Positions 10,764 to 21,551 are shown, counted from the first letter of the stretch. The stretch is 64,000 nt of DNA from Nitrospira sp. (GCA_047150005.1 AP038806.1:1344001-1408000); one strand, 5' to 3'. The notes: a model not told the origin generated them from the letters alone. A program made the numbers and translations.

Positions 10764-10841
10764 TGGGGTGGATGACGGGTTTCGAACCCGCGACCTCCGG
10801 ATCCACAATCCGGCGCTCTAACCAACTGAGCTACATCCACC
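10764..10841 (-). tRNA. tRNA-His (GTG)
   Basis: Reverse complement GGTGGATGTAGCTCAGTTGGTTAGAGCGCCGGATTGTGGATCCGGAGGTCGCGGGTTCGAAACCCGTCATCCACCCCA: G-1:C73 pair, GTG anticodon, GTTCGAA T-loop, encoded CCA. Confidence 0.97.
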
Positions 10842-10921
10842 GTACGGGGCGGCACAGGCACGGACTTTCAACGGCGGCACGGGATCTTAACAAAGACGGA
10901 CAAAATCCCGCAACCGACCCT

Positions 10922-11635
10922 TTAGCTTCGCCGATCGAATGCGGCCTGCATCTCGGCCAGGATGGCGCTTGCTGCAGCGGCGGGATCCGATGCCGCTCTG
11001 ATCGGCCGGCCGACCACCAGGTAGTCGGCCCCGGCATCGATAGCCTGGGATGGAGTCGTGGCGCGGGCATGGTCGTCGGTGTCTTTACCTGCCGGACGGA
11101 CACCCGGTGTCACGATCAGAAACCGTGGCCCCACCTTCGGACGGAGTACGCCTGGTTCCTCTCCCGACGCGACGACTCCGTCGCAACCCATTTCGGAAGC
11201 GAGCAGCGCCCGGGCCGTCACCAGGTCCTGAACTGAATGTTGGATTCCCATCTCCCTCAAATCATGGCTGTCAAAATTGGTCAGCACCGTGACGGCCAGG
11301 AGCTTGAGACTCGAATCGCCCCGTCCCTTCACCGCGGCGGCCAGGGCCTTCCGATTGGCATGGATGGTCAAAAAGTCGACTCCCATGGCAGCCACTCGTT
11401 CGGTCGCCCGACGAACCGTCTCTTCGATGTCGAGGAACTTGAGATCGAGGAAGACGCGTTTCCCCCGCTCAATCAGCCGCTGCACCATGGTCGGACCGGC
11501 CGCCGTATAGAGTTCCAATCCGACCTTGACGAAGGTGATCTGGTGCTGAACTTGGTCCATGAGCCGCTCAGCCTCGGCCGCCGACGGTACGTCAAGCGCC
11601 AGGATCAGTCTGTCATGTGCAAGGATTTTCGACAT
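10922..11635 (-). CDS. pyrF: Orotidine-5'-phosphate decarboxylase
   Basis: LILALD, KVGLEL, FLDLKFLDIEETV, TPGVRP, LVVGRPI. Confidence 0.96.
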   Translation of the reverse strand: MSKILAHDRLILALDVPSAAEAERLMDQVQHQITFVKVGLELYTAAGPTMVQRLIERGKRVFLDLKFLDIEETVRRATERVAAMGVDFLTIHANRKALAAAVKGRGDSSLKLLAVTVLTNFDSHDLREMGIQHSVQDLVTARALLASEMGCDGVVASGEEPGVLRPKVGPRFLIVTPGVRPAGKDTDDHARATTPSQAIDAGADYLVVGRPIRAASDPAAAASAILAEMQAAFDRRS

Positions 11636-11722
11636 GGGTTCCTCTCTACGCTCAATGCGCGCTCTTGACCATGCGGCGAGTCTTATGGTACAAACCCTTC
11701 TTTTTTAAAAGGAGAGTACGTT

Positions 11723-12001
11723 ATGCCGGTGATCCACAAGTCAACCATTCGTCGAGCACGGCAGTCCGAAAAACGGCGGGCGCGGAACCACGCCGCTCTG
11801 AGCGTCGTGAAGGGACTCGTCAAGAAAGTCCAGACCGCCGTGGCCGAGAACAAGGCTGAAGATGCCAAGACCTCCTTGCGGGCAGCCGAAGCAGCCCTCA
11901 GCAAGGCGGTGACCAAAGGTATCTTGAAAGCGAATACCGCCTCCCGACGGATTTCACGCCTCACGATCCGCGTCAACGCCCTGGGCGCGCCCCGCGCGTA
12001 A
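11723..12001 (+). CDS. rpsT: 30S ribosomal protein S20
   Basis: HKSTIRRARQSEKRRARN, KAVTKGILKANTASRRISRL; RBS AAGGAG. Confidence 0.96.
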   Translation: MPVIHKSTIRRARQSEKRRARNHAALSVVKGLVKKVQTAVAENKAEDAKTSLRAAEAALSKAVTKGILKANTASRRISRLTIRVNALGAPRA

Positions 12002-13091
12002 CCGTTCGCACGTTTGGAACCGGTTTTGTGCGGCTTCGCTGCACAGATGCGACCGGTTCTCGCATCGAAGCGGTTGGCTGCGCGTCCCGCTGCTCCCGGT
12101 TACACAGCTCGAACATCAGCTGATCCAGGATCCGCTCCGGTCGTCCTGCACTACCGCCCTTGAGCGCATTGTCCGCTTGCTGGAATCGCCGAAACGCCTC
12201 GGTGAGATGCCGCTCTGAAAATCGATCGAGAAAGGCACGGACGCTTGACGGATCCATCCGGAACATCCTTGCCACTTCTCCCTGTCGTCCCCCTTGGCCC
12301 ATGAGGTCTTTGGCTTTCCAGAGACGGCGGTACTGCCAGACCAGCGCACCAAGGATCTTGAGCGGGGCCTCTCCCGATTCCATGTTCCTCGCCATGATGG
12401 CCAACACGCGACCCCGATCTCCGGCACCGATTGCCGCGGTGAGATCAAACACCGACGCGCCAGGTTCTGTGCCCCGCATGACGGCCACATCCGTCGCGGT
12501 CACCGAACGGTTCGCGGGCACATACGAAGCCAGTTTTTCCAGTTCCCGGCGGGCGGCGTAGAGCGATCCCGCACACGACTCCTTGAGAAGCCCTACCGCC
12601 CCATCGTCCAGCTTGACGCCGAGCCCCGCCGCCTCGCTCTTGAGCCACGGCATGTACTGCGACTCTTTGGGAGGCGAACAATCGACAATGACGGCGCGCT
12701 TCATCAACGTCTGCGTGAATTTCAACCGGCGGTCCAGTTTGGGCCCCGCAAAGACGAGGGTCGTGGAATCATTCGGGCTCTCCAGATAGGGAAGCAGGGC
12801 TTCGGCCTCCTTAGCCGGCAGCTTGTCGGCCCCTTTCACGACGACCAACCGGCGGGACGCGAACACCGCGGATTCGGAGGCGCAGGCGATAATCTCCGCC
12901 CCTTCCGCTTCGTCTCCATGAAACTGACTGCTGTTGAATGCGTCGCCTTGCTCACCAACGACCGCCGCCTTCAGACATGCCACAGCCTCATCCCTCAGCA
13001 AGTCCTCCTCTCCGACCACCGCGTAGATTGAGGCAGGCTCCGCCTGCTGCAGATGCGACGGAACCTGGGCCGGCAAAAGCGATGGTGGCAT
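11973..13091 (-). CDS. holA: DNA polymerase III subunit delta
   Basis: YAVVGEEDLL, RRLVVVK, ELEKLASY, VFDLTAAI; canonical leuS-lptE-holA order. Confidence 0.9.
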   Translation of the reverse strand: MPPSLLPAQVPSHLQQAEPASIYAVVGEEDLLRDEAVACLKAAVVGEQGDAFNSSQFHGDEAEGAEIIACASESAVFASRRLVVVKGADKLPAKEAEALLPYLESPNDSTTLVFAGPKLDRRLKFTQTLMKRAVIVDCSPPKESQYMPWLKSEAAGLGVKLDDGAVGLLKESCAGSLYAARRELEKLASYVPANRSVTATDVAVMRGTEPGASVFDLTAAIGAGDRGRVLAIMARNMESGEAPLKILGALVWQYRRLWKAKDLMGQGGRQGEVARMFRMDPSSVRAFLDRFSERHLTEAFRRFQQADNALKGGSAGRPERILDQLMFELCNREQRDAQPTASMREPVASVQRSRTKPVPNVRTVTRGARPGR

Positions 13092-13103
13092 GGCGGTGTA
13101 CTC

Positions 13104-13769
13104 TTACGGCGCTTTCGATTCGAGTTTGGAATTCGGCTTGGCCAGCTGTCCCGATTCGAGCTGAAGCAAGAAGCGCGACGCCAAATCCTCGGCCACAAAC
13201 TTGCCCGCCTGTTCGAGGGACCGGTTTTGAAGCACGCGATTGAACTGGAGATCCGTGGTGATGAAGAATTCCGAAGCCCCCTTGGCGACTTGCATCCAGA
13301 CGACACGCTTCGTTCTCGTTTCTTCAACCTTGACGGCAATCACTACCTCCGTTCGGCTTTCAAACGTGGTCGTCTGGTCGAAGCTCAGCGTCGGAACGAC
13401 GACCGAGAGGATTTGTCCCGACAGCACGAGGTCCGCGGCCTCCGAATCCGAAACGACCTGCGCCCCGCTTCCTGACGCAAACTCATGCCTGAGGTAATTG
13501 GTATACCGCGACTCTAAATTCGGCTCGAAGCTCTTGTTCTCCAATGTCCGGATGACCATGCGAGGCGGTGGGGTCGAGGATGCAGTGGCCGGAGAGCCGC
13601 CGATCGTGGGACCGGGACCTTCCACCCGGAACTGGTATCCACAGGCAACCGGCAGCACGGCCATCGATAGGGCCAGACCGGTGCACAGCATGAACGATTG
13701 GGTGACGGAGACGCGAGCCGGGCTGCGCCGTGAGGCGCGGGCAGATGCTTCTGCGGGCGTGCGGTTCAT
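13104..13769 (-). CDS. lptE: LPS-assembly lipoprotein LptE
   Basis: Lipobox LPVA-C then GYQFR; lies between leuS and holA. Start chosen at the TGATG overlap with the leuS stop; ATG 13691 is an alternative. Confidence 0.8.
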   Translation of the reverse strand: MNRTPAEASARASRRSPARVSVTQSFMLCTGLALSMAVLPVACGYQFRVEGPGPTIGGSPATASSTPPPRMVIRTLENKSFEPNLESRYTNYLRHEFASGSGAQVVSDSEAADLVLSGQILSVVVPTLSFDQTTTFESRTEVVIAVKVEETRTKRVVWMQVAKGASEFFITTDLQFNRVLQNRSLEQAGKFVAEDLASRFLLQLESGQLAKPNSKLESKAP

Positions 13770-16204
13770 CAGACGACGAAATTGATCAACTTTTTCTCGA
13801 CGTACACGACTTTTTTCAGTTCCTTCCCGTTCAGCCATTCGGCCGCTCGGGCTCTGGCCAAGCCTTCGACTTCATCGCGCGTGGAGTCGAGGGACACCTC
13901 GATCTTGCCGCGAAGCTTGCCGTTGATCTGAATCGGAATCGTCACCGTGTCGCTGACGATGAGCGCCGGATCGAAGGTCGGCCACGCCTGTTGCGAAACA
14001 CTCGGCGGATGACCGAGCAGCGCCCACAGTTCCTCGGCCAGATGAGGGGCAAACGGAGAGAGCAACAAGATGAACGGCTCGATCACGGCTCGAGGCCGCC
14101 GCTCGGCCTTCGTCATCTCGTTGGTGAAGACCATCATCTGCGAGATCGCCGTATTGAATCGGAGGGCTTCGATATCGTCGGTCACCTTCTTGATCGTCTG
14201 ATGCAATACCCGTTGCTGCTCCATACCGGGAGGATCGTCGGTAATCGCTCCGGAAACCCGCCCCTCTTCGGTGATCATGAGTCGCCAGACTCGTTCGAGA
14301 AAGCGTGTCACCCCTTCCACGCCTCTGGTACTCCAGGGCTTCATCGCTTCGAGCGGCCCCATGAACATTTCGTAGAGGCGCACCGCATCGGCCCCGAACT
14401 GGTCCATCATGTCATCCGGATTCACGACGTTGCCGCGGGATTTGGACATCTTCTGATTGTCTTCTCCGAGGACGATGCCCTGATGGACCAGTTTCTTGAA
14501 CGGTTCCGGCGTGCCGACGACGCCGATGTCGTACAGGACCTTATGCCAGAAGCGGGCATACAGGAGGTGCAGGACGGCATGCTCGCTGCCGCCGACATAG
14601 AGGTCAACGGGCATCCAATACCGCTCTTTGGCCGGATCCACGAGGTGCTTCTCGTTGTCCGGGTCGATGAACCGCAGGTAGTACCAGCAGGATCCTGCCC
14701 ATTGCGGCATGGTGTTGGTTTCCCGCCTGGCCGGCTTGCCGCTCGTCGGATCGGCGGTGTCGAGCCAACTCTCCAGATTGGCCAACGGGCTTTCCCCCGT
14801 CCCCGACGGCTTGAAATTCTTCGTTTCTGGCAGTCGCAGCGGCAGCTGTTCTTCGGGAATCGGCTGCGGCGTGCCGTCTACCCACAGAATCGGGAAGGGC
14901 TCGCCCCAGTAGCGTTGGCGGGCAAAGAGCCAGTCCCGCAGCTTGTAGTTGACCGTCTTCCGGCCTTGACCGCGCGATTCCAGCCACGCGGTGATCTTCG
15001 GGATGGCCTCAACCGGCGACAGTCCGTCGATCGAACACGAACCGTCCGGTGCGGTCGAGTTGACGACCCGCCCGACCTCGGTGTCGACATACGCCGCGCG
15101 CTCGACGTTTCCGCCGGCAATGACTTCACGAATCGGGAGTTCATAGGTCTTGGCAAACGCCCAGTCGCGCGCGTCATGGCCCGGCACGGCCATGATCGCT
15201 CCTGTTCCGTAGCTCATCAGGACATAGTCCGCGATCCAAATCGGCACCGCCTCCCCGTTGACCGGATTGACGGCGTGACTTCCGGTGAAGACACCGGTCT
15301 TGTCCTTCTGCAGATCCTGGCGCTGCAAGTCGCTTTTCTTGGCCGCGGCCTCCCGATAGAGAGCGACCTCGTCCCGCCGTTCCGCGGTCGTCACGGCCCC
15401 GGCCAGGGGATGCTCCGGAGAGAGAACCAAGTAGGTGGCTCCGAACAGCGTGTCAGGTCTGGTGGTGAACACGCGAATAGCCGCGTTTGCGTTGGCCAGA
15501 CGGAATTCCACTTCCGCGCCGATCGAACGACCGATCCAGTTCTTCTGCATTTCAAGCGTGCTGGCCGGCCATTCCACCAGTCGAAGATCGTCGAGCAATC
15601 GATCGGCATAGGCGGTGATCTTCAGCATCCATTGACGCATGGGTCGCCGCACGACCTCGAATCCTCCGACCTCGCTTTTTCCGTCGACAATTTCCTCGTT
15701 TGCCAGAACCGTACCGAGAGCGGGACACCAATTGACCGGGACTTCCGCCACGTAGGCGAGTCCGCGCTTGAACAATTGCAGGAAAATCCACTGTGTCCAA
15801 CGGTAGTAGTCCGGGTCGGTCGTGCTGAGTTCGCGCTCCCAATCGTACGAAAGCCCGATCCGCTTCATCTGCCGCTTGAACGTCGCGATGTTCTCGGCCG
15901 TCGTGATGGCGGGATGGATGCCCGTCTTGACGGCATATTGTTCGGCCGGCAAGCCGAACGCGTCCCACCCCATCGGATGCAGCACATTGAATCCCCGCAT
16001 CCGCTTGTAGCGGGAGACGATGTCGGTCGCCGTGTAGCCTTCGAGATGGCCGACGTGGAGGCCTGATCCCGAGGGATAGGGGAACATATCCAAACAGTAG
16101 TATTTCGGTTTGGACGGGTCATCCGTGGCGCGAAAGGGTCGATGCGCCTCCCAATAGGCCTGCCACTTCGCCTCAATCGCGTGATGATCGTACGTCTTGC
16201 TCAT
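13769..16204 (-). CDS. leuS: Leucine--tRNA ligase
   Basis: [14 protein letters not shown] (HIGH), FTTRPDT editing domain, KMSKS. Confidence 0.98.
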   Translation of the reverse strand: MSKTYDHHAIEAKWQAYWEAHRPFRATDDPSKPKYYCLDMFPYPSGSGLHVGHLEGYTATDIVSRYKRMRGFNVLHPMGWDAFGLPAEQYAVKTGIHPAITTAENIATFKRQMKRIGLSYDWERELSTTDPDYYRWTQWIFLQLFKRGLAYVAEVPVNWCPALGTVLANEEIVDGKSEVGGFEVVRRPMRQWMLKITAYADRLLDDLRLVEWPASTLEMQKNWIGRSIGAEVEFRLANANAAIRVFTTRPDTLFGATYLVLSPEHPLAGAVTTAERRDEVALYREAAAKKSDLQRQDLQKDKTGVFTGSHAVNPVNGEAVPIWIADYVLMSYGTGAIMAVPGHDARDWAFAKTYELPIREVIAGGNVERAAYVDTEVGRVVNSTAPDGSCSIDGLSPVEAIPKITAWLESRGQGRKTVNYKLRDWLFARQRYWGEPFPILWVDGTPQPIPEEQLPLRLPETKNFKPSGTGESPLANLESWLDTADPTSGKPARRETNTMPQWAGSCWYYLRFIDPDNEKHLVDPAKERYWMPVDLYVGGSEHAVLHLLYARFWHKVLYDIGVVGTPEPFKKLVHQGIVLGEDNQKMSKSRGNVVNPDDMMDQFGADAVRLYEMFMGPLEAMKPWSTRGVEGVTRFLERVWRLMITEEGRVSGAITDDPPGMEQQRVLHQTIKKVTDDIEALRFNTAISQMMVFTNEMTKAERRPRAVIEPFILLLSPFAPHLAEELWALLGHPPSVSQQAWPTFDPALIVSDTVTIPIQINGKLRGKIEVSLDSTRDEVEGLARARAAEWLNGKELKKVVYVEKKLINFVV

Positions 16205-16343
16205 GTGCGTTGGGTAAACGGCTGCTGGAGACCACAATCAAAGAGGAGGACTCTAACATAGACCAGCCGGAGCAACAAGAATCTTGGGGAACGCGAGGGA
16301 GCGGGAGCGCGCGAGAATCGGATCGAGAGGCCCGGCGGGTCGT

Positions 16344-16451
16344 TTAGAAGTGGTAGCCGACGCCGAAGACGAAATGATTCAGCGTAGCCACCGAATTGAT
16401 GCCGTAGTGATTGATATCGGCCTGACCGGGTCAGTGTTCCAGCTTCCTCAC
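16344..16451 (-). pseudogene. Internally deleted outer-membrane beta-barrel gene remnant
   Basis: AGGAGG RBS, GTG-RKLEH-TGA, then in the same frame PGQADINHYGINSVATLNHFVFGVGYHF-TAA, a typical OMP C-terminal beta-signal. Confidence 0.6.
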
Positions 16452-16517
16452 AGACTAGCCTCCTGAGGATGCGCAGGTTATTCTTCGTTCGAAGTGGACC
16501 GCCGTAGGGAGGGGGGA

Positions 16518-17201
16518 ATGGGACTGTACTCGGCGTACGTCTTTCCGCGCCTCATGGACTGGCTGATGCGCGGCAAGGAGTTTCAGCGCCTCAGAAGCTC
16601 ACTCTTAACCGTCGTCCGCGGGAACGTCCTGGAGATCGGGTTTGGTTCGGGCCTCAATTTGACTCATTACCCGTCCGCCGTTCGACGCCTGACGGCCGCA
16701 GACCCGGCTCGCTTTCTGCCTCATGTCGTGGCTCGACGAATGGCTGCAGTCCCCTTCCCCGTCGAGATCCACCACCGGGCTGCGGAGGCATTGCCGTTTG
16801 CCGATCACCAATTCGACTGGGTGGTCAGCACCTGGACGTTGTGCAGTATCGCGGATCCGCTCCAGGCTCTGGCGGAGGTTCGACGGGTGCTCAAGCCCGG
16901 CGGACGATTCATCTTTCTGGAACACGGGCGATGCCAAGACGAGCGTATCGCAGCCTGGCAAGACCGGCTCAACCCGATCCAGAACGTCCTTGGATGCGGC
17001 TGTCACCTGAACCGCCGGATCGACCGGCTCATCGAGCACAGCGGCTTCCGGCTCATCCAATTGGAGCGATTTCACATGACCGGAGTGCCGAAGCTCGTCG
17101 GGGCGATGTACCAAGGCTGGGCCGAGCCGGCGACTCGGTCAGCGGGAGGAGGCCACGGTCCCATTGAGGAGGGACGAAAGATCCTGGACCGACCGAAATG
17201 A
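16518..17201 (+). CDS. Class I SAM-dependent methyltransferase
   Basis: VLEIGFGSGLN, AEALPF, WTLCSI, RVLKPGG, FLEHG. Confidence 0.9.
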   Translation: MGLYSAYVFPRLMDWLMRGKEFQRLRSSLLTVVRGNVLEIGFGSGLNLTHYPSAVRRLTAADPARFLPHVVARRMAAVPFPVEIHHRAAEALPFADHQFDWVVSTWTLCSIADPLQALAEVRRVLKPGGRFIFLEHGRCQDERIAAWQDRLNPIQNVLGCGCHLNRRIDRLIEHSGFRLIQLERFHMTGVPKLVGAMYQGWAEPATRSAGGGHGPIEEGRKILDRPK

Positions 17202-17843
17202 GGCCGAAAATGCCGGCGGCGATTTCGTGCTGGACCTCGCGCTGTGAAGGAGATGGAGAATGCCGAACTGTCTGGCCGCCGCCAAACAGCGCTCGTCGTC
17301 GTCAATGAAGAGGGTCCTGGTCGGATCAAACTTCACCAATTCCAGACAGGCCGGCCAATATTGTGGACGCATCTTCAGATAGCCGACTTCAAACGCGTCG
17401 ACGATGCGGTCTACCCGACGCTGGAGGCCGGTCTTGGCCGTCTTGATCTCGACGCCCGCCGGATGGGCGTTCGTGAGGACGGTCACTCGTTTCTTTCGAT
17501 GTCTGACGGCGGACAGGAACGCCGCCGCGCCGGGCAGGAACCCGATCATGTGGTCCAATTCTCGGTGCATGGCCACCACGTCAATACCGACCCGGGACGT
17601 CCAGTAATGAAGATCGGTCCAGGCGAGCTCTTCTTCGACCGAGCGGTACATCGCCATTAAACGCGCCCGGGATTCGTCGAGCGACAGCTTCTCGCGTAAC
17701 GCGTACCGGCGGGGTAACTCTTCTTCGAAAAAGAAATTGTCGAAGTGACGGTCCAGCAGGGTCCCATCCATGTCGACCAGGACGTCGTCGATCTGGGACC
17801 AATCGAGTACCGGGGGCACCTCGGCCGATGGAGACGGGTTCAT
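17139..17843 (-). CDS. HAD-family hydrolase (YrfG/GMP-IMP nucleotidase-like)
   Basis: WSQIDDVLVDMDGTLLDRHFDNFF, LTNAH, LFIDD. Confidence 0.88.
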   Translation of the reverse strand: MNPSPSAEVPPVLDWSQIDDVLVDMDGTLLDRHFDNFFFEEELPRRYALREKLSLDESRARLMAMYRSVEEELAWTDLHYWTSRVGIDVVAMHRELDHMIGFLPGAAAFLSAVRHRKKRVTVLTNAHPAGVEIKTAKTGLQRRVDRIVDAFEVGYLKMRPQYWPACLELVKFDPTRTLFIDDDERCLAAARQFGILHLLHSARSSTKSPPAFSASFRSVQDLSSLLNGTVASSR

Positions 17844-17972
17844 CGGATAGAGTATAGCCGAGGCCGGGGGCGAAAACGACCCAATGGCTCGGTACGCCCG
17901 AGGCCGGGGGCTGTTGTCTTTGAGAAAATTCCTATGTTAGGGTCCGAGAGTCCTGCACACAGTCTGGCTCCC

Positions 17973-19325
17973 ATGTCTTCGCACGCCACCTTCAACTCTC
18001 TACCGTCACCGATGCCGTTGGTCGCGATCATCGGGCGGCCGAATGTCGGCAAGTCGACGCTGTTCAACCGCATCCTCGGCAGTCGAACCGCCATCGTCGA
18101 CGATGTCCCCGGTGTGACCCGGGATCGAAACTATGCGGATACCAACTACCGGAACCGTCCTTTTCGGCTGATCGACACCGGCGGACTCGAGCCGGCTGCC
18201 TCGGATGGGATGCTGGCCCTCATCAGGCGACAATCCGAACTGGCTATCGCCGAAGCCGACGTGCTGATCCTTCTGATGGACGGACGAGCCGGCTTGACGC
18301 CGCAGGACCAGGAGGTCGTCCGGCTCCTGCGCGGCACCACCAAGCCGTTGTTCGTGGCCATCAACAAGATCGACACACCGAAGACCGAAGTCCTGGTCGC
18401 GGATTTCTATCAGCTCGGGATCGAGTCGTTGTTCCCGATCTCGGCCGAACACGGAATCGGCGTGGCCGACCTGCTGGATGCCCTGTATCCGTTGCTGTCC
18501 GACCAGCAGGACACCGGCGAACAGAGCCCGGTGCCGCGCATCGCGGTGGTGGGGAGACCGAATGTCGGCAAGTCCACGCTCGTCAACGCGGTGTTGGGAG
18601 AGGAACGGGTCGTGGTGAGCGACGTTCCCGGCACGACCCGGGATGCCGTCGATTCGCTTGCGACGTACGAGGGACGACGATACCTGTTCACGGATACGGC
18701 GGGCATCCGCCGTCGCGGGAAGGTCGATCGTGGGATCGAGGGATACAGCGTGGCCCGTTCGCTGCGGGCCATCGGCCGATCCGATGTCGCGGTCCTGCTG
18801 CTCGACGGCGAGGAAGGCATTACCGAACAGGACACCAAGATCGCCGGCCTCGTCATCAGGCAGGGTCGCGCCTGCCTGCTGCTGGTGAACAAGTGGGACT
18901 TGCGGGAAGGGGACGCGCAGGCCCGGCAACGGTTCGAGCAGGATCTCAAGCGGCGCTTTCCTTTCCTCACCTGGGCGCCGGTCCTCTTCGGCGCCGCCGT
19001 CAAACCCGATTCGTTGCGACGCCTCTTCCCCGCCATCGACGATGTCTATGCCTCGTTCACCCGGCGGATACCAACCGGCGAACTCAATCAACTGCTTCAG
19101 ACCATTCTCGCCACCCATCCGCTGCCTTCCCGCAAAGGGAAGCCGACGAAGATCACGAAATCGGCCTTCATGACGCAGGTCGCGACGAGACCTCCCGTTT
19201 TCGCCCTGTTTGTCGGGCATCCGGAAAACATGACGCCGGCATACCTGCGCTACCTCGAACACCGGCTCCGAAAAGAGCACGGCTTCTCGGGCACCCCTAT
19301 TCGGCTCCTCGTCCGGAAAAAATAG
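17973..19325 (+). CDS. der: Ribosome biogenesis GTPase Der (EngA)
   Basis: Two GTPase domains (GRPNVGKST twice, DTGG/DTAG, NKID/NKWD) and C-terminal GFSGTPIRL. Confidence 0.97.
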   Translation: MSSHATFNSLPSPMPLVAIIGRPNVGKSTLFNRILGSRTAIVDDVPGVTRDRNYADTNYRNRPFRLIDTGGLEPAASDGMLALIRRQSELAIAEADVLILLMDGRAGLTPQDQEVVRLLRGTTKPLFVAINKIDTPKTEVLVADFYQLGIESLFPISAEHGIGVADLLDALYPLLSDQQDTGEQSPVPRIAVVGRPNVGKSTLVNAVLGEERVVVSDVPGTTRDAVDSLATYEGRRYLFTDTAGIRRRGKVDRGIEGYSVARSLRAIGRSDVAVLLLDGEEGITEQDTKIAGLVIRQGRACLLLVNKWDLREGDAQARQRFEQDLKRRFPFLTWAPVLFGAAVKPDSLRRLFPAIDDVYASFTRRIPTGELNQLLQTILATHPLPSRKGKPTKITKSAFMTQVATRPPVFALFVGHPENMTPAYLRYLEHRLRKEHGFSGTPIRLLVRKK

Positions 19326-19483
19326 CGGACAGTTCCGTCCACCGAACGACTGAGTTTGTGCGCGATACCGATCCGACATCGCATCCCTTTTCGTATTGGC
19401 CGAGATTCCGGGTGACCAGACCGGTATGCAGGCGGGTTTGACTCTTGCAGATCCCCGATGCCGTTCTTCAATCGGGGGCCGCC

Positions 19484-19933
19484 ATGCCAGAGACCGTACC
19501 GCAGTCCTCACGATCCGCCCTCGGTGAAGCCAGCCATCCGGTCCACCATCCCGCATCGGCTCCCATATCTCCGCCGCCCCCCGACCGCTTCGATTCGTAC
19601 GATTGCGGCGTGATTCTGCTGTCCGCCCCGACCCGCATACTGCACATGAACGGACAAGCCTGCGCGCTGATGGCTCTGTTCGGCGGTGCACACGGCCTGT
19701 GGCCGAATCTGGCGCCCGAATCCATGCCCACCATCCTCGTCGAATTCTGCCGCGAGATCGTGGCGGAATTGGAACACCGTGCACAAGGAGGCCGGTGGGA
19801 ACAGTTCGAGATGCACCGCGTCTGCCACATGATCACCCCGCCGCTCTTGCTCAGGGGATTCGGTATTCCCGTCTCACCCGATCGCGAACCTCGCATGATC
19901 CTCCTGTTGCAACCCTACGCCCCCCTCGCCTGA
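19484..19933 (+). CDS. Hypothetical protein, PAS-like segment
   Basis: Clean ORF with core-like codon use; GVILLSAPTRILHMNGQACALM resembles the start of a PAS fold. Confidence 0.6.
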   Translation: MPETVPQSSRSALGEASHPVHHPASAPISPPPPDRFDSYDCGVILLSAPTRILHMNGQACALMALFGGAHGLWPNLAPESMPTILVEFCREIVAELEHRAQGGRWEQFEMHRVCHMITPPLLLRGFGIPVSPDREPRMILLLQPYAPLA

Positions 19934-20060
19934 ACCCGGGCGCGCGCCGACCGTCCAACAGGTCTTTCGTCTTGACTCCTCTGGATCAGCATGGTTTATT
20001 CCACAAGGCTGTGGTTGACGCGAGTCCGGCCGACCGCTCGACGAATCACCCAAGAAATTT

Positions 20061-20906
20061 ATGATCCTTCCTTCGATACGGGCCGCTCGTTTTCGGTGCG
20101 GTACCCTCGCGCTGTCTGTGACGCTGGTTTGGGCGGTCCTCGGCCCATGTGTTCCCGCCATCCCTCAGAGCACGGATCAGTCTCCTCCTGATTCCGCGGA
20201 CACAACGGAGCCGGCCTCCCAGGATTCCGACGAGATCGCAGACCCGTCCATCACGTTACGCGGCTCGGTCTGGCGGACGAAAGCGGGGATCGTGTTCCTT
20301 AGGACCCCCATCGGCACGCTGACCCTGAGTTCGAAAACCACGCTGAAGGATCTGAGAGCCTCGCATGAGGTTCGCTTCTGGGTCCACGAACACCACTTGG
20401 TCGTGGAGATTCTGAAGAAGAGCGACGGCTCGCGAATTCACCGCTACCTGGCGGGTCCCATGACCCCGGGCTCGGACGCGCCGAACACGCTGCGATGGTG
20501 GACGCCGGACGGCGACGAAACGACTCACGTCGGGACGCAGCAAACGCGCCTGGCGGCCTTTCATGAGGGCGATCCGTTGACGGTCGAGGTCGACGATTTC
20601 CACACCATCATCGGCGTCCATGACCTGCAATACGATCTCCAGATCAGTCAGACTCCACCGGTCGGTTCCGATGCGCGGGTCTTGTTGTCCGGAACCGTGT
20701 TGAAACTCAAATCCAACTTTATTTTTCTCCGCACGCCGGTCGGCGTCGTGATGGTCAACTCCAAGATCGGCGTTCCTCACGTCAAGGTCGGCCAGTCGCT
20801 GACCCTCAGGATCGATAGCCAGCAGGTCACGGTCGACCTTGAATCGGGCGCGCCGCCTTTGCGAGACCATCACGTTCCCGCTTCGTCCTCAGCCCCGAAC
20901 CCGTGA
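20061..20906 (+). CDS. Exported hypothetical protein with repeated beta-rich modules
   Basis: Signal-like N-terminus; internal repeat LRGSV..GIVFLRTPIG / LSGTV..NFIFLRTPVG. Confidence 0.7.
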   Translation: MILPSIRAARFRCGTLALSVTLVWAVLGPCVPAIPQSTDQSPPDSADTTEPASQDSDEIADPSITLRGSVWRTKAGIVFLRTPIGTLTLSSKTTLKDLRASHEVRFWVHEHHLVVEILKKSDGSRIHRYLAGPMTPGSDAPNTLRWWTPDGDETTHVGTQQTRLAAFHEGDPLTVEVDDFHTIIGVHDLQYDLQISQTPPVGSDARVLLSGTVLKLKSNFIFLRTPVGVVMVNSKIGVPHVKVGQSLTLRIDSQQVTVDLESGAPPLRDHHVPASSSAPNP

Positions 20907-20918
20907 GCGCCGGCATTC

Positions 20919-21551
20919 ATGCGTCGCACGTCACCTTCCAAATCATCCCGCACCTCACGGCAGCCGGATGATTTTGATAAACTGTACCGAGACCATGTGG
21001 ATTTGGTGTATCGATACGCGCATCGACTCTGCGGCGAAATGGAGTCGGCCAAGGATCTCGTCCAAGAAACCTTTCTCAACGCCTACAGAGGCTTCCGAGG
21101 ATTTCGCGGCGACGCACGGATCTCGACCTGGCTCTATACGATCGCAACGCGCGCCTGTATGCGCATGCGACGCAAACGCAGGGGGCAACCGGAGCGCGAG
21201 CTGTCGCTCGACGAGTTCATTCCGACCTCCGAGGGCGAATTTCATCTGCAGATTCCGGTCGACGGACTGACCCCCGAAGAAGCGCTCGAGAACAAGGAGT
21301 TGCGAGAAGCATTGGATCAGGCCATTCAAAAGTTGCCGAGCAAGTACCGCATGACCTTGGTGCTTCGGGACATGGAAGGGCTGAGCGCGAAGGAGGTCGG
21401 CACCATCATGGGCGCGAACGAACGGGCAGTGAAATCCCGCCTGCACCGAGCGAGACTGTTCGTCAGGCGCGAATTGAGCGCGCGAGGCCTCACCGAGTCG
21501 GCACGAGACTCAGACGCAGGATCACGCGAGTCTGGAGGGTTCCCGGCATGA
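20919..21551 (+). CDS. ECF RNA polymerase sigma factor
   Basis: Region 2 DLVQETFLNAY..FRGDARISTWLYTIA; region 4 LRDMEGLSAKEVG..VKSRLHRAR. Confidence 0.93.
   Translation: MRRTSPSKSSRTSRQPDDFDKLYRDHVDLVYRYAHRLCGEMESAKDLVQETFLNAYRGFRGFRGDARISTWLYTIATRACMRMRRKRRGQPERELSLDEFIPTSEGEFHLQIPVDGLTPEEALENKELREALDQAIQKLPSKYRMTLVLRDMEGLSAKEVGTIMGANERAVKSRLHRARLFVRRELSARGLTESARDSDAGSRESGGFPA

Noticed and set aside
10624..11236. ORFs overlapping tRNA-His
   Set aside because: Translations of tRNA and pyrF antisense sequence.
13730..16066. 778-aa plus-strand ORF and similar long antisense ORFs (e.g. 293-1939, 18006-19784, 32053-33744)
   Set aside because: Shadow frames opposite well-supported genes, expected in GC-rich DNA.
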